The notes beneath the pieces were generated by a model. That model ran no database searches. It worked only from the letters and a program-made list of their open reading frames with translations, and was not told the origin of the DNA. Shown here one piece after another: positions 23,212-36,636 of a stretch of 64,000 nt of DNA. Source of the DNA: the human T2T-CHM13v2.0 reference genome, Homo sapiens; the NCBI RefSeq assembly GCF_009914755.1, contig NC_060942.1, one strand, 5' to 3'. Within the stretch, counting starts at the first letter, position 1. Each line of letters begins with the position of its first letter. A program made the translations under genes and the position numbers.

Positions 23212-23515
23212 CAGTTGGCCCTTTGAACAACACTGCTTTGGACTGCGTGTGTCCAGTTGTACGTACATGGGTGTTTCAGCCAAATGCAGGTGGGAAGCAC
23301 AGCGTTCGCGGTGTTCGCGGGATGGGAAGCGTGGCGTTCACGGGATGGAAAGCGCAGCGTTCACGGTGTTCACGGGATGGGAAGCGCAGCGTTCGTGGGG
23401 TGGGAAGCCTGGCATTCACGGTGTTCGTGGGATGGGAAGCGCGGCTTTCGCGGGGTGGGAAGCGTGGCGTTTGCGGCATTCGTGGGATGGGAAGCGCGTG
23501 TTCACAGAGGGCCGC
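23212..23515 (+). mobile_element. MER8/Tigger2-like MITE with an internal minisatellite (23290-23505)
   Basis: cagttggccctttgaacaacac start; repeated gttcgcgggatgggaagcg; cagagggccg. Confidence 0.65.
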
Positions 23516-24015
23516 CGTGAAGAGTGGACTTTGACAAGGCTTGGGAAGTCCTGAATTCCAAACAGCGCAGATCAGCACTTTCAGATTTCTGGGCAGAAAA
23601 TCTTCTCTCCATTAGTAAATAGCCTAACATGGTTGTGTCTTTTTAGTTTTGTGACTTTGACTTAGTGCCCGTTTTCCTTCACCAGGATGGGTTTTATCAC
23701 CTTCATCCTCGTGCCTGTCCCGAGCGAGTTGGTATCTGGGACGCACGCTTAGTGCCTCCTGGTCTCATCCTTTGGTCATCCAGGGAAGAACCAGCAGCTA
23801 GAAACAGCCGCCTCTCAGGAGGGCCGCACCACCCCTTTCCCAGAGGCTTGCCTTAAATTCCAGCAGTCAGAGGCATGCATCAGAATATATTAATAAGATT
23901 GACATATCCAGATCGAGAAAGATGTGTACAGAGGAGAGAAACTATTTCAAACGGAGCTGCGGTTTGAACATAGCAGAAAGATCCTTGAAACAGAAGATTG
24001 GCCCTTTCTAGTTGA

Positions 24016-24368
<353 letters not shown>

Positions 24369-24668
24369 TGTGAAATGATTTTAATTTCAGCTCACTGACG
24401 TCTGTTTTGTTACTTGGCCGTTTTTTGTGTCTGTTTTCGTAGCCTGGAGATGTTGCATTTTCTTGTTTTGTGTTTTGCCGTGTAGCTCTCCGGACCCTAT
24501 TTTGAGGGTGAATGACATGTCCTGGGGGTTCCCAGAACACGCTTCATCTCCCGTCTCTCTTTGCCCTTTATTCTAAGATGCCAGAGCCTGGCAGATGCTC
24601 TCTGCCCCACGGGGGTTTTGTGGATAAAAGAAGATGGGTGTTATTTTTCCACAGGATAGTCAGAAACG

Positions 24669-24754
24669 TGTTTTGCCAGTCACCCTGGCTCAGTTAGCAA
24701 ATTCTGATCCATGTTTTGCCAGTCACCCTGGCTCAGTTAGCAAATTCTGATCCA
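24669..24754. repeat. Perfect 43-bp tandem duplication
   Basis: tgttttgccagtcaccctggctcagttagcaaattctgatcca twice. Confidence 0.95.
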
Positions 24755-24919
24755 TTAACCTCTGAAAAGTGTATTGGCGAAACATCACGTTTTTCATACG
24801 TGTTCCCTGTTGGGGTGTGTGAGTGTTTACCTAGTCCGAGAGCCAGGAGTCTGATTCGGTGCGGAAAAGTGCCATTCGAACTGACCTTCCTCATGTGGGA
24901 CCTATGAAATTCCTTTCAG

Positions 24920-25082
24920 AGCGGTTCCGCCACCCCAGCCGCAGATGTTTGGTGAAGAGCTGCCTGACGCTCAGGACGGAGAGCAGCCTGGCCCTTCTAG
25001 AAGAAAGCGACAGCCCAGTATGTCTGAGACAATGCCGCTGTACACTCTTTGTAAGGAGGATTTAGAGAGTATGGACAAAGAG
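24920..25082 (+). CDS. CTDP1: CTDP1 coding exon 11 (163 nt; cassette exon skipped in a shorter isoform)
   Basis: cctttcag|A acceptor, AGAG|gtgagc donor; AVPPPQPQMFGEELPDAQDGEQPGPSRRKRQPSMSETMPLYTLCKEDLESMDKE. Confidence 0.95.
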
Positions 25083-26719
25083 GTGAGCCAACCCCACGCC
25101 CCGGTGCCCGCGCCAGCGCTCGTGCTGGGGCCGCAGAGCTCTGGTGTGCGGGCGGATTGCTGAGCTGTGCACCTGGAGGCCGAGCTAGAGTCCTGCACTT
25201 GTGTAGTTGTGTCTGGTTTGGGACGAGCACTTGTGTTTTTCACGCAACTTCCTATTCAAGGAGACCTAGAACAGCATTAAGCAATGTGTCCGCAGTGTGT
25301 GGCATGAGAACACGTGGAAGTTGTGGCTTAGGATTCGTGCCTGCGTCTTCACCAGGACCGATGCCGCCCAGCCCCTCCGGCTCTCCCGGCTCACCCCAAG
25401 GACATGGGACGGGGTCTGGAGGCACTCATGGTCATGACAAGGGGTGACCCTGGGGCCGGTCAACACCCCCTGCCTGACGCCGACCGGCCCCCATTGAGAA
25501 ACGCTGGAGGGCTGTGTGTTGCACGTGGGCCTTAAACACACGCACACAGAGTGACTGGTGATTCTCACAGCATCTCGTTATCACAGCGCGAAACAACTTT
25601 AGGCAGCATCGGTGGAGCTGGGGTTTTCTCAGCCGGGTCCTGCTTGGCCCCTGTGTCCTGGACCCCTTGGCCCGTGTGCTTCTCCTCTTGGGTCCCAGGC
25701 CGCCCCCTGATAGAAGGTTCCACAACAGTCCGGATGTTAGGGATGGGCGATCTGCGCAGCACCGTCCTTCGGAGACTGTTCTTTAGGAGGACTGTCCTGG
25801 AAAACCACATCCCATGTCCTCCTGTAAGGTGCCCTCATGGGTGGCGCCTGTGTGGGGTGCTCACCTGCAGCTGGTCAGGGCACAGGCCGTCCCCTTCCCT
25901 CAGGTCTTCATGTTCCCACCAGAGCCTATCCTCCCTGCCCGCCTGGCACCGCTGTCCTCTGGAGAGAGCCACCATTCTGTTTGCATCCAGAAGGCAGCAG
26001 AGGTTCTTGAGGAGGAAAACAGCTCCTGTGTATCTTCAACAGTAGCAGAAAAATGCAGATAGTTCTATTCAGGACAGACTCGTCTCAGTAACTCAGGTCA
26101 TCACCTTTAGACGCCAGTTTATCTTGTGAGGATCAGACCCTTTTTTGAGGTGTGCTGAATTTCTCTGCCATTTTTCTGTCTTTTTGAACATTAGCTGTTT
26201 TTTGTTTCACAAAAATGTTTTCTCTAAAAAAAATTTTTCTCAGCCACTACCTGTAAGCCCAGACCACTTTATTTAAGATTCCAGAAGGTTCTGTATAAGG
26301 AACAGTCACCTGCCTAGGACCAGGGGTGGGAGGAGAGGAGGGAGGGACGCTGCCTCTTCCTGCCTGGAAGCTGCTGACACGTCCCGTCTCCCTCCTGGTT
26401 TCCTGGTCGGGCGTGGAGGACTCGGGGTCTGTTCCCCACGCAGTCCTGTTTCAGGCAGTGGTGACAACTGGTTCTTAGTCATTCGATATCAAAGGGGGTT
26501 GAATTCTCAATGGGAGACAGATGTCTTGAACGCACTCAGCAGCTTTCAGCCACCCCAAAACCTAATCCTTTCTCTCAGAAATAAAAAGTAATCGTAACCC
26601 CCCAGATGTAGCTCTTTGGGAACAAATGGTATTGAAAGCAGAAGGCTGCAGCCGTGGATTGTTCTGTGCATGGGAGAGAGGCCAGAGGGTTTTATGTTCG
26701 TGAATTTTTAAAGCCTCCT

Positions 26720-26975
26720 TGATTCTCTGTGAGTCCTGGGCCCTTAAGACAATCAGCGCCTGCAGGCAGGAGAAGGGGTCAGAGGAGCCCCGGCGCCAAG
26801 GACCCGAGGCCTCTGGAAGCTGGAAGATGTGAGGAAGGGATTCTCCCAGTGGACACCTGGATTTTGGTCCTGTGAGGCTCATGTTGGACTTCTGACCTGC
26901 ACAGCTGTGAGGTTGTGAATTTGGATCTTTTGAGCCGTGGCGCCTGGTTATTACAGCAGCCTCAGGAAGCTCCTC
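26720..26975 (+). mobile_element. MLT1-like LTR 3' fragment
   Basis: gattctccc...ttggacttctgacct...gctgtgag...ttattacagcagcctcaggaa. Confidence 0.6.
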
Positions 26976-27869
26976 GTGGCCTGGCCCTGGCCTGACAGCC
27001 TCGTCTCACATGTGTCCCTCTTCCACTCCATGTGCTTGGGGCAGATGAGGCAGCTTCACCCCAGATAAGCCTGTCTCTCGGGCCCATTGCCTGCACCCCT
27101 CCGTGGGCCTGTGAGACGGACTAGGTACCTGCCCCCGGGTGCTCCCTGGAGGCTGCCGTGGCCCCTCTTCATCCTGGGGACACATGGGGTGGGGCTGCTG
27201 CTCGTTTTGGGGCACAGACGATGGGGAGTCAAGAGGATCTGGAACCAGGGTCAAGTGCAGCCCGTCAGGGGGCCTTTGAGTGAGGGGTGTCGAGATCTCT
27301 GGCCATTTCTGGCGCGTCAGTGTGTTAGGTGGGCATTGGCTGCTCCAGTGGTAGAGGAAGGGTCTCCACGTCGACAGAGGAGAGGCAAAGTTGCTGACCC
27401 AAGAGTAGCGCCTGCCGTGGGGGATGCTGCTCCCACCCACACTGACAAGGGCTTCCCCGCCCCTCATGTGAGGAGCAGCTTTGAGAACTCGCGCCTGGTC
27501 AGTGCTGTGGGAATGTGTGCCCAGTTCCTTGAGACCCAGTAGGCATCTGGATTTCTTCTCGGGTTTAAACCACGGAGGCTTCTACAGCTAGGAGACCACT
27601 CACTTGATGTCACTGCTTTCAAGGAAAACCCGTCCCCGTGTAGCACATGCTTCTGACCTCCACGTCCAGAACATGCCTAAGCAGAGCGAGGCATGGCGTC
27701 AGTAAGCGTTCACCTGCAACGGCTTTGAAGAAACCTGAAAGCCATGAAAATTAACGTTGTAATTTTATCTTAACCATTTTTAAATTCTGCATTTAATATA
27801 CGTGGAAGCCAAGAAATATGATGACCCTGATAAAATGCCTCAAGAACAGAGGCCGGGTGTGGGGCCACC

Positions 27870-28972
27870 ATCACCAGGAGTGCTCCCAAGATCACATGAG
27901 ATGTAAGAACTCACTAACATCAGGAGTGCTCCCAAAATCACGTGAGATGTAAGAACTCACATTAGGAGTGCTCCCCAAATCAGGTGAGACATGAGAACTC
28001 ACTAACATGAGGAATGCTCCCAAAATCCCATGAGATGTAAGAACTCACTAACATCAGGAGTGCTCCCAAAATCACATAGACATGAGAACTCGCTAACATC
28101 AGGAGTGCTCCCAAATCACATGAGATGTAAGAACTTGCTGACATCAGGAGTGCTCCCAAAATCACGTGAGACATAAGAACTAACATCAGGAGTGCTCCCA
28201 AAATCACCAGACGTAAGAACTCGCTGTCATCAGGAGTGCTCCCAAAATCACATGAGACTTGAGAACTCACTAACATGAGAAGTGCTCCCAAAATCACAGA
28301 CATGAGAACTCGCTAACATCAGGAGTGCTCCCAAAATCACTTGAGACATGAGAACTAACATCAGGAGTGCTCCCAAAATCACGTGAGACATGAGAACTCA
28401 CATCAGGAGTGCTCCCAAAATCACGCGAGACATGAGAACTCACATCAGGAGTGCTCCCAAAATCACGTGAGACATGAGAACTCACATCAGGAGTGCTCCC
28501 AAAATCACGTGAGACATGAGAACTCACATCAGGAGTGCTCCCAAAATCACGTGAGACATGAGAACTCACATCAGGAGTGCTCCCAAAATCACGTGAGACA
28601 TGAGAACTAACATCAGGAGTGCTCCCAAAATCACGTGAGACGTAAGAACTCACTGTCATCAGGAGTGCTCCCAAAATCACTTGAGACTTGAGAACTCGCT
28701 GACATCAGGAGTGCTCCCAAAATCACGAGACATAAGAACTCATTGTCACCAGGAGTGCTCCCAAAATCATGTGAGACGTAAGAACTCCCTAACAGGAGTG
28801 CTCCCAAAATCATGAGATGTAAGAACTCAGCTGTCACCAGGAGCGCTCCCAAAATCATGTGAGACGTAAGAACTCGCTAACATCAGGAGTGCTCCCAAAA
28901 TCACCTGAGACATGAAAACTCGCTCTCACCATGAGTGCTCCCAAAATCACAGGAGATGTGAGAACTCGCTAA
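27870..28972. repeat. VNTR, ~42-48-bp unit (catcaggagtgctcccaaaatcacgtgagacatgagaactca)
   Basis: About 24 copies; homogeneous 42-bp core at 28360-28640. Confidence 0.95.
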
Positions 28973-29099
28973 CGTGGATTTTTCTTCTGGAAGCGACTCT
29001 AAAGCATGCACCCCCACACAATCCCTGAGTCTCCTCGTGGTGGGCATGGCCAAAGCACTGTGCCTGGTGACTGTGTGTGAATAGCACTCAGTCCTCGTG

Positions 29100-29292
29100 C
29101 TGTGGCCTCAGCACAGGACGAATGTGTGTTGTGTGTGTGGATCCTCACGCCACGGCCTCGGCACAGGACGGGTGTGCGTTTGTCGTGTGTGGATCCTCAC
29201 GCTGCGGCCTCAGCAGAGGACAGGTGTGCGTTTGGCGTGTGTGGATCCTCGCGCCGCAGCCTCGGCACAGGACGGGTGTGCGTTTGGTGTGT
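29100..29292. repeat. Minisatellite, ~50-55-bp unit (gcctcggcacaggacgggtgtgcgtttg...ggatcctc)
   Basis: 3-4 copies. Confidence 0.85.
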
Positions 29293-29474
29293 TTGTGCAC
29301 AAACACCCGCCTGTCTCAGCCAGCTCACAAAGAGACTCACACCCATGTGTCGGTCCCCCTGCAGGTTCCTGTGTGATCATGGAACTGCGGGGAAGGGAAG
29401 GTGCCGGAACCAGGGCTGGGAGATCACCGAGGGTTGAGGTGGGGCCCGTCTCCTGTACACCCCTGCGGAAAAGC

Positions 29475-29668
29475 CTGCTGGGCCCCAGAGCCGGCGTCCG
29501 CTGCCTCTGCAGCTGCGTTACCTCGTTCCTGCCTGTTCTGCTGGGCCCCAAAGCCGGCGTCCGCTGCCTCTCCAGCTGCGTTACCTCGTTTCTGCGTGTT
29601 CTGCTGGGCCCCAAAGCTGGCGTCCGCTGCCTCTCCAGCTGCGTTACCTCGTTTCAGCCTGTTCTGCT
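29475..29668. repeat. 63-bp unit, 3 copies (ctgctgggccccaaagccggcgtccgctgcctctccagctgcgttacctcgtt...)
   Basis: Direct inspection; 21-aa periodicity in the ORF track. Confidence 0.9.
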
Positions 29669-29993
29669 TCTCATGCTCAGGATGCTTTCCCGACCTTGCT
29701 CTGTGTCTCTTCTTGTTTCCCGTCCTCTCTCTTGAAGCCGTCCCACCTCACTCCAGCGCAGAGCTGGGGAGAGTTTTATTCTGTGATCCAGGGTCGTGCA
29801 AGGAGGTTGGTAGAAACATTTCATTTCCGTGCATTGACAGGATACCGTAGCATCTGCTGTTATCTGTATTTGCTCTTTGGTAGAAATTCCAACACTTAGG
29901 TATGAATTCACTTGTGTTTTTTCTCTTTACATACTTTTAAATTTTCCTTAAGATTAAAAAAAATTATGTTAGCATGTTTTAAGTGAAGTAAAT

Positions 29994-30273
29994 ACAAACG
30001 ACCCTCAACTTTACAATAGTTCGCTTAACAATTTTCTAACTTTACAATGATGTGCAAGTGACGTGTGTTTCGTAGAAACCACACTTTGAATTAGAAGTCT
30101 TGGCTCAGAATTCTGTAGAACAGCTTGTTCCAAGTTGGCCTTGTGCTGGACGACTTTGCCAGCGATGGGGTAATGTCTGAGCGTGGAAGGCGGCTGGGCC
30201 GGGTGTGCTGACACGTTTTCAGCCTGTGATGGGCTCATCTGGACGTGACCCCATCCTGAGTCAAGGAGCCTCT
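29994..30273 (-). mobile_element. MER47/Tigger5-like MITE
   Basis: End gatgggctcatctggacgtgaccccatcctgagtcaaggagcctctg|ta resembles the reverse complement of the MER47 terminus. Confidence 0.6.
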
Positions 30274-32347
30274 GTAATGAAGAAAACTGTTTTTCAGAAA
30301 GCGCAGTCACCTTTTTTGTACAAACAAGCCCAGGAAAGGTAGGTGTCGTTCCCACATCAGTGTGTTTACACGAGTCAGGCAGAAAGAGGGAGAGGAGATC
30401 GGAGGAGCATGATGTAGGCGAGGTCAGGTTTTAATGTGAATGTGTGCCCACGTTTCTGGCTTGGCTGTGCAAAACGTACCTCCAGATCTTCCAGATAGCA
30501 GCACGGGGGCACGTGCCGGGCTGCCCTGCCTCACCAGCGTTGGCACGGACGTCTGAGGCCCTCCCAGGTGGGGCGCCACACTAGCGAGGGTCCCTCGGGT
30601 CCGTGGGCTGCCGTGCTGGCCGGCCCGCCTGCCCTTGGCTGTCAAGTGTAAAATAACAGATTTTAACAGTGCCTTGTTTTTCTCTCTTGACAAGGTATGA
30701 TGCCGTGTTAAAGGCCCTAAGTATTTCAGAATAGAATTTAGTAGAATTATTCCCGTAGGAGATTTGCCATCGAAACAGTAAATTCAGTGATGTAAGCATT
30801 CTGGTGAAGTGTGAATATTAGTAACCTTGTCGAGTAACCAGATGCTCTTATTAAATACCATTCCATGCCAGCGTCCCTGGGAACATGTTACTTTTAGAGA
30901 TCATTATAATGACCTGATGATAAAGCCGCTGCCTTAGCTAATTAACCATTGGTTAAAATGTTTCTGCCTTTTAATGATTCAGGCCAGGGCACATGTGCTG
31001 TGACTAGCTGGACACGTGGCGATGAGTTTGAAATTGCAGAGTGGACGGGGTGGATGCGTCGGCCTCCATGTGGGCTCGGGGGCTGAGCTGTGATTTCTGA
31101 TCGAAGCGGCTTCACACCGAGTCTCTGTGACTCTGGACTCGGCCTCGACTGCTCCGAACCGCGCCTGTCTCGGGAGTTGTGCTCCATCCTCTGTGGCCGT
31201 TTCTCGTACCTGCTGCGGGGGTGGGGTTAGGTCGGCGTCGGTGAGTGCCCCTCAAGGCCCCAGCCAGGTGTGCACCCCCAGATCCCTCCTGGGAAACAGC
31301 CTGCGCTGGGGGACTGTGGTCAGGCCGCCCCGCCTCACCTGCCTGTCTCAGGGACCACGGGGCTGTGCCGTCGCACACAGACGCCCTCAACGTCGGAGAG
31401 CTGTGAGCGGGGCCGTGCTCTTGGGATGGGAGCCCCCGGGAGAGCTGCCCGCCAACACCACTCCGACGTGATCCATGCTGGACATAAAGTGCTCTTCCCT
31501 CCGCTAGTCATCGGCCGAGCGGGCCCCTCGCTCCTGGGTGTAAGTTCTTTCTGTGCGTCCTTCTCCCATCTCCGTGCAGTTCAGGAGAGGAGGGGAGAAC
31601 TTGAGTTCACCTCCCGGCACTGGGCTCAGCCTCTCCCGCCGCCACATCGAGGCACTGACGGTACCCACCTCCCGCCTGCTGAGGTTCGGGGAGGCTGAGG
31701 TTTGGATGCGGTACTCCCATCACCTGCTCACTTGCCTGCCGCCTCTGTTGCCACTCCCGTCCGCGTCACACGTGTCAGGCGTGGGGCCGGCTGAGCTCAC
31801 CCCAGGTGTTCAGGAGTCGCCCTCTCTGCATGTTTCCCAAATTGGAGGCGTGCCCAGAGCGAGCGGGTGGACATCTTAGCGAGCGTCCCTGTGGCACGGC
31901 CACGTCTCCACCCCCAGGTGGCTGCTCTCCCAGATTCCAGGATGGGAAGGACTGGGACGCCTCCCTGAAAGCCCTGCCACTCAGGAGTCTTGCTGTGAAT
32001 CTCATTGATCTTGAAAATTTCAAGCAAATATTCTGATTATTCACCATAAAATCCAACAGTGCACCAGGAATAAAGTCCCTGTTCACATAAGGGACAGAAG
32101 GAATTTAAACCCAATCTTTGCCTGCGAACCGACTGGGTTTGCTCTGTGGATTTCCAAGCGTCTTTTGCCCGGGGCTTTGTTAAGGATTGGTTGAGTTTCA
32201 AGCCCCAGGGCTCAGGTAGAAAGCAGAGTGCTACCTCCAGCCCCCACCCTGCTGCACTCAGAGCCCTGGACTCTGCCGGGAGAAGCCTGTTGCGGAGGAA
32301 CGGGGCCCGGGAAGGAGGTCTGTCGCTGACTCTTGGCTGTTTGTCAG

Positions 32348-32514
32348 GTGGACGACATCCTTGGAGAAGGCAGCGACGACAGCGACAGCGAGAAGAGGAG
32401 GCCTGAGGAGCAGGAGGAGGAGCCCCAGCCCCGGAAGCCAGGGACCCGCAGGGAGCGGACGCTCGGGGCACCTGCGTCCAGCGAGAGGAGCGCGGCAGGG
32501 GGCCGGGGGCCCAG
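32348..32514 (+). CDS. CTDP1: CTDP1 coding exon 12 (167 nt)
   Basis: ttgtcag|GTG acceptor, CCAG|gtgagt donor; VDDILGEGSDDSDSEKRRPEEQEEEPQPRKPG...GGRGP(R). Confidence 0.95.
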
Positions 32515-32704
32515 GTGAGTGCGGGGTCTGAGGTGGGAGGGGCCTGACACGGGCTCCCGGAGGTGACTCTGCAGTTGGTGGGCCGCCTACCTGCATCTCA
32601 TTCTTCACGCCCTCCACCATTCTGTGTGTGACACCAGCAGCTTCCAAACTCAGCAGCCCCTGGTGATGGACACTTGGTTGTCTCCATGCTGATCCATGTC
32701 ATCT

Positions 32705-32975
32705 TACATGTGTGCAGGCGTGTGAGGTGTGTGCAGGTGTGGGGGGGATCTGTACATCTGCGCAGGCGTGTGTGGGGTGTCTACACGTGCACAGGCGTGT
32801 GGTGGGGGTATGCACGTGTGCGCAGGCATGTGTGAGGTGTCTACAGGCGTGTGTGAGGTATCTACACGTGCGCACAGGCGTGTGTGGGTTCTGCAGGTGT
32901 GGGGGGGTCTGCACGTGTGCACGCAGGCATGTACGGGGTCTGTATGTGTGCACAGGCGTGTGCAGGGTCTGCACA
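32705..32975. repeat. Degenerate GT-rich minisatellite (caggcgtgtgtggggtgtctacacgtg)
   Basis: Alternating purine-pyrimidine repeated units. Confidence 0.85.
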
Positions 32976-35435
32976 TGGCACTGCTGGTCAGGAGCCAGCG
33001 TCCTGCATGTCGAGGGTGGTGCCTGATGTGGGTCCCCCGCCGGTGACAGTGGTCCCCGCCTCCAGCGTGCGGTCTGTGGGTGGGAAGAGCTGAGCACCGT
33101 GGTTTGCTTTGCGCTTCCTTCGCCATGAATGAGGCCTGTTTTCGGGCGTTTGGCCGCAACAGCGCACTCTAAACGCTGCTCACCTGCTCCTTGTGACTGG
33201 TCAGTGTTTTCTGCATTGCCGTGAAAGGTATCTTTTTGTCACCTTTAACTTGGATGACATTTCTGCCATGCAGAGATGTTACTATTGTGCAGATCTTACA
33301 GCTGCTTGGTTCTGAATCTTGTCCGAGAATCTTAACCCTGTGTCTTTTCCTTGGATGCGTTTACGTTTGACCTTTTCTACATATGAATCTTTGTAAATTA
33401 AGATTTATTTTTTAGTAAGGGGGGGATTTAGCTTTTTTCCCAGATGATTAGCTCACGGTCCCATCGCAGTTTCTGACATCATCTTTCTCCACTAATCGGC
33501 TTTGTTCTCTGGATCTCTGTGCTGCTGTCGAATGGTGGGGAGGAGCCGGTTTGCTTTGAGACATCTTTTCTCAGGTTGGTCGATGAACAGGCATGAAACC
33601 CAGGGTGTGGAGAGGTCCCCGTCCCGCATCCCCCATGCATGTCCTTGTGTGAAAGGCAGCCACCTCACTGCCCGGTTCTGGGTGGTGGCGGAGACCTGCC
33701 GTGCCGTTAGGCATTTTGGGTGCCGTCTGTTGATTCTTAGCGTTCAACATACAGACTGCGTCTCTTCTTGCCTCCGCCCTGCCAATATCAACACGCCAGG
33801 ATTTGGGGGTGTGGAATGACGCAGTGTTTCCTATGACCGTAAATTGCTTTTACCAAATAGAATAGGACACGGTGATGCTGTTCCCTTTCTTAAACATCTG
33901 TTTTACCTGGATTTGATAATCACCTCACTTTTGTTAGCTTTCTTCCTTTTTGCCTGTTTCTGAATCCCTGGCTGCCTCTCCGCTCCACTCCCCCGGCCTC
34001 CCCCGCAGGTCCCCGCCTCCCCCCGCCCGCCCTGCTCACCGCCCCCGGGAGTTGCCTTCCCCACTCTCTGGGGTGTTCTCTGTCTCTGCATTTTGGTGGA
34101 GTACATCTCCCAGAAGCTTCCTGAGAAAGCGTCTGTCCTGTCCATACGTCCGCAGTCAGCGGGCTGCGTAACCCCAGGTGGCAGCATCTCCTTGAGGATT
34201 TAGAAGCACGGCTCCCGTCTTCAGCTCCGGGGCTGCTCCGAGGCCGTCCGAGGTAACCTCGGAGGCTTTGTCTTGCCCGCCTGTTAGACAGGATGTGGCC
34301 CTCCAGGTCCTGCCGACATCCTCAGTACAGACTTGTGTCCCGAGGATTTGCCCTGAGAACTTGGTCTCCAGAGCCTTCTTGCATCTGCTGCGGGGCCGTG
34401 GGCCGGTATTTGGACCTCTGCATCCTGGTTTCCTCACCTGTGAAATGAGGTAGGAGCAGCGCCAGCCTCGGAGGAGCTGCTCCCAGCTTCAGCAGGCTAG
34501 CAGGGGGCACTCCAGGTACACGTCTGGTGTCTGTGGTGAAGAAGACAGTGCAGACTGCTTTCTTTCTCCCCACGTCTGGTCTTACTCTTAGGCTCTCCTG
34601 TAGGTGAATAAACAGCATTTCAAGAAAAGAGCGTAACTCATTCAGGCAATCCAGTTACAAAATTGGGCCAGAAATTCCAGCAACAGATGCAGACAAGACA
34701 AGATAGTCATTGTTCCGTTTGCAGGAATTACTTACAGAAAATCACTTGATTTGCAGCTCTGTGGTTTAGCAGGGAAATGAGTGCAGCTTCTCTCCTGGCA
34801 ACCCACTCTGTGTTTACCACGTAGAAAGCAGCATTTTCCAGCTGTGTTGAAATGATATGAAGTTGTTTTAGGAGAGATTTTGAAATTCCGTATTGGGTGA
34901 TAACAAGCCTTGGTTCTTCCCACATGAATTACGGGGTGGTTTTGCCTGGCCGTACCTTCCTTCACTTTTCGGTGTAGACCCATTGGGTCTGTCATGAAGC
35001 TCTGGGGTCAGGCCTGGGGAAGGCGGTGCACTGGGGGCCTCTGGGAGGGTTCCACTGCCCTCCCCTGAAGACCCTCTAGCCCGGGGCTGAGCTGAGCCAG
35101 CTCCAAGGAGTCTGTCTGCCGTGGCCATGTTAGTATCTGCGGATTTGCAGCGTGCTCTTTGTATGAACATAGGTGGTTTAACCTGATAGTTTTTTTTTCT
35201 AATTAAAAGAAGAAACCCAAAGTGCTTTTCCACTAAGACCAGTCAGGGTGTTGCTGGCGGCCAGCCACGTCATCCAGGATACGTGCTGCATCCGTGTCTC
35301 CCCCTGTGGGCAACTGGATGTGGCGCTCAGCGGGTCGGGACCCAGAGCTGCTGAAGACTTGGGGGCCAGGACTGGAGTTAGCACCCCTGGGTTTTTGTGG
35401 TTTTTTTTTTTTTGCTAAATGACCTGCGCACGGCA

Positions 35436-35537
35436 GAACTGACCCTCACGGGTGAAACCACGCAAGCACGATTAGAGAACCACGCAAGCACGGAACTGAC
35501 CCTCCCTGGTGAAACCACACGAGCATGATTAGAAAAC
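35436..35537. repeat. ~57-bp duplication
   Basis: gaactgaccctc...ggtgaaacca...gattaga twice. Confidence 0.75.
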
Positions 35538-35757
35538 CCCTCGGCTCTGGCGCGGCTTCCATGCTGCCCTCCCAGCTGCAGGAGGTGGTTGGGGTTCTGC
35601 CTCTCCATTCTGGCTCCTCGGGCAAGGACCAGATCAGTACTGTAATTGCCGTTTCACTCTATGTCTTACAGACTCGGTGGGCTTGGGTGATTTCAGAATT
35701 TGAGATCAGGAGAATAAAGTGTCCTGGGAGTCTGTTCAGGTTCTGCTGCGCAGCCTT

Positions 35758-35876
35758 CATACCCGCCGCCAGGACGGGTGGGACTCTCATACCCACGGCC
35801 GGGACGGGTGGGACTCTCATACCCACGGCCGGGACGGGTGGGACTCTCATACCCATGGCCGGGACGGGTGGGACTC
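35758..35876. repeat. 30-bp unit x4 (catacccacggccgggacgggtgggactct)
   Basis: Direct inspection. Confidence 0.92.
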
Positions 35877-36636
35877 GGCGCTTGCTCCCTGCCTGCACCA
35901 CGCCTGCCGTTTGCGGATCGCTGTGGACGTGTGGCCGCGATAGCAGCCTGACTGCTGGGGGCCGTGTGTGCCCCTCAAAAGGGTGGGGCGGTGGGGTCTT
36001 TTCAGCTTCCTGTCCAGCTGGGTTTTTGTGACTCTTGGACTTTGGGGACCTCACTTCTTCCTTAAAGACCAGGGACTTCCAGTTTTATTTCATTCCTGTT
36101 TATGGGGTATTCAGTGAGATGTGAATGTTTTGAAATTTTTCACATGAAATTTTTGCTTGTAACGAAGTAAATGTGGTTTGAGTTTTTTATTTTTGCATGT
36201 TGAACATGTAGGTTTCATCATGATTCTTTCCCATGCGTGGCAATGCGTTTCGTACAGAAGCTGGAGGTCACTCTGCTCTTTCCTGTCAGTGCTCTAGCTG
36301 GTGGTACGTCTTGCTAATTTCGCATGGCCAAGCTGTTCCACAGAATCTTAATGTCAGTTGAACTTGAAAATGAGTTTTAACATAAGGGGGAAGGTTGTGT
36401 TTTTTACTTGTCTACCAAGAGTGATTCATTCTTCTCTCAAGTCAACAAACATCAGATGCCTGTTCTATATGCAGCCGCCTGCCGGGCACTTTCACTCCTT
36501 AAAATAAATCCTCAAAATAAAAAACCAAACAAGTCATCTTCAGAATGTTTAAGGATCTCACAGACACATCGTCCCAACACCAGTTCCAGGTACCGAAAAG
36601 AACAGGCGCCCAGGTGAGGTGAGGTCTCCTGCACAG

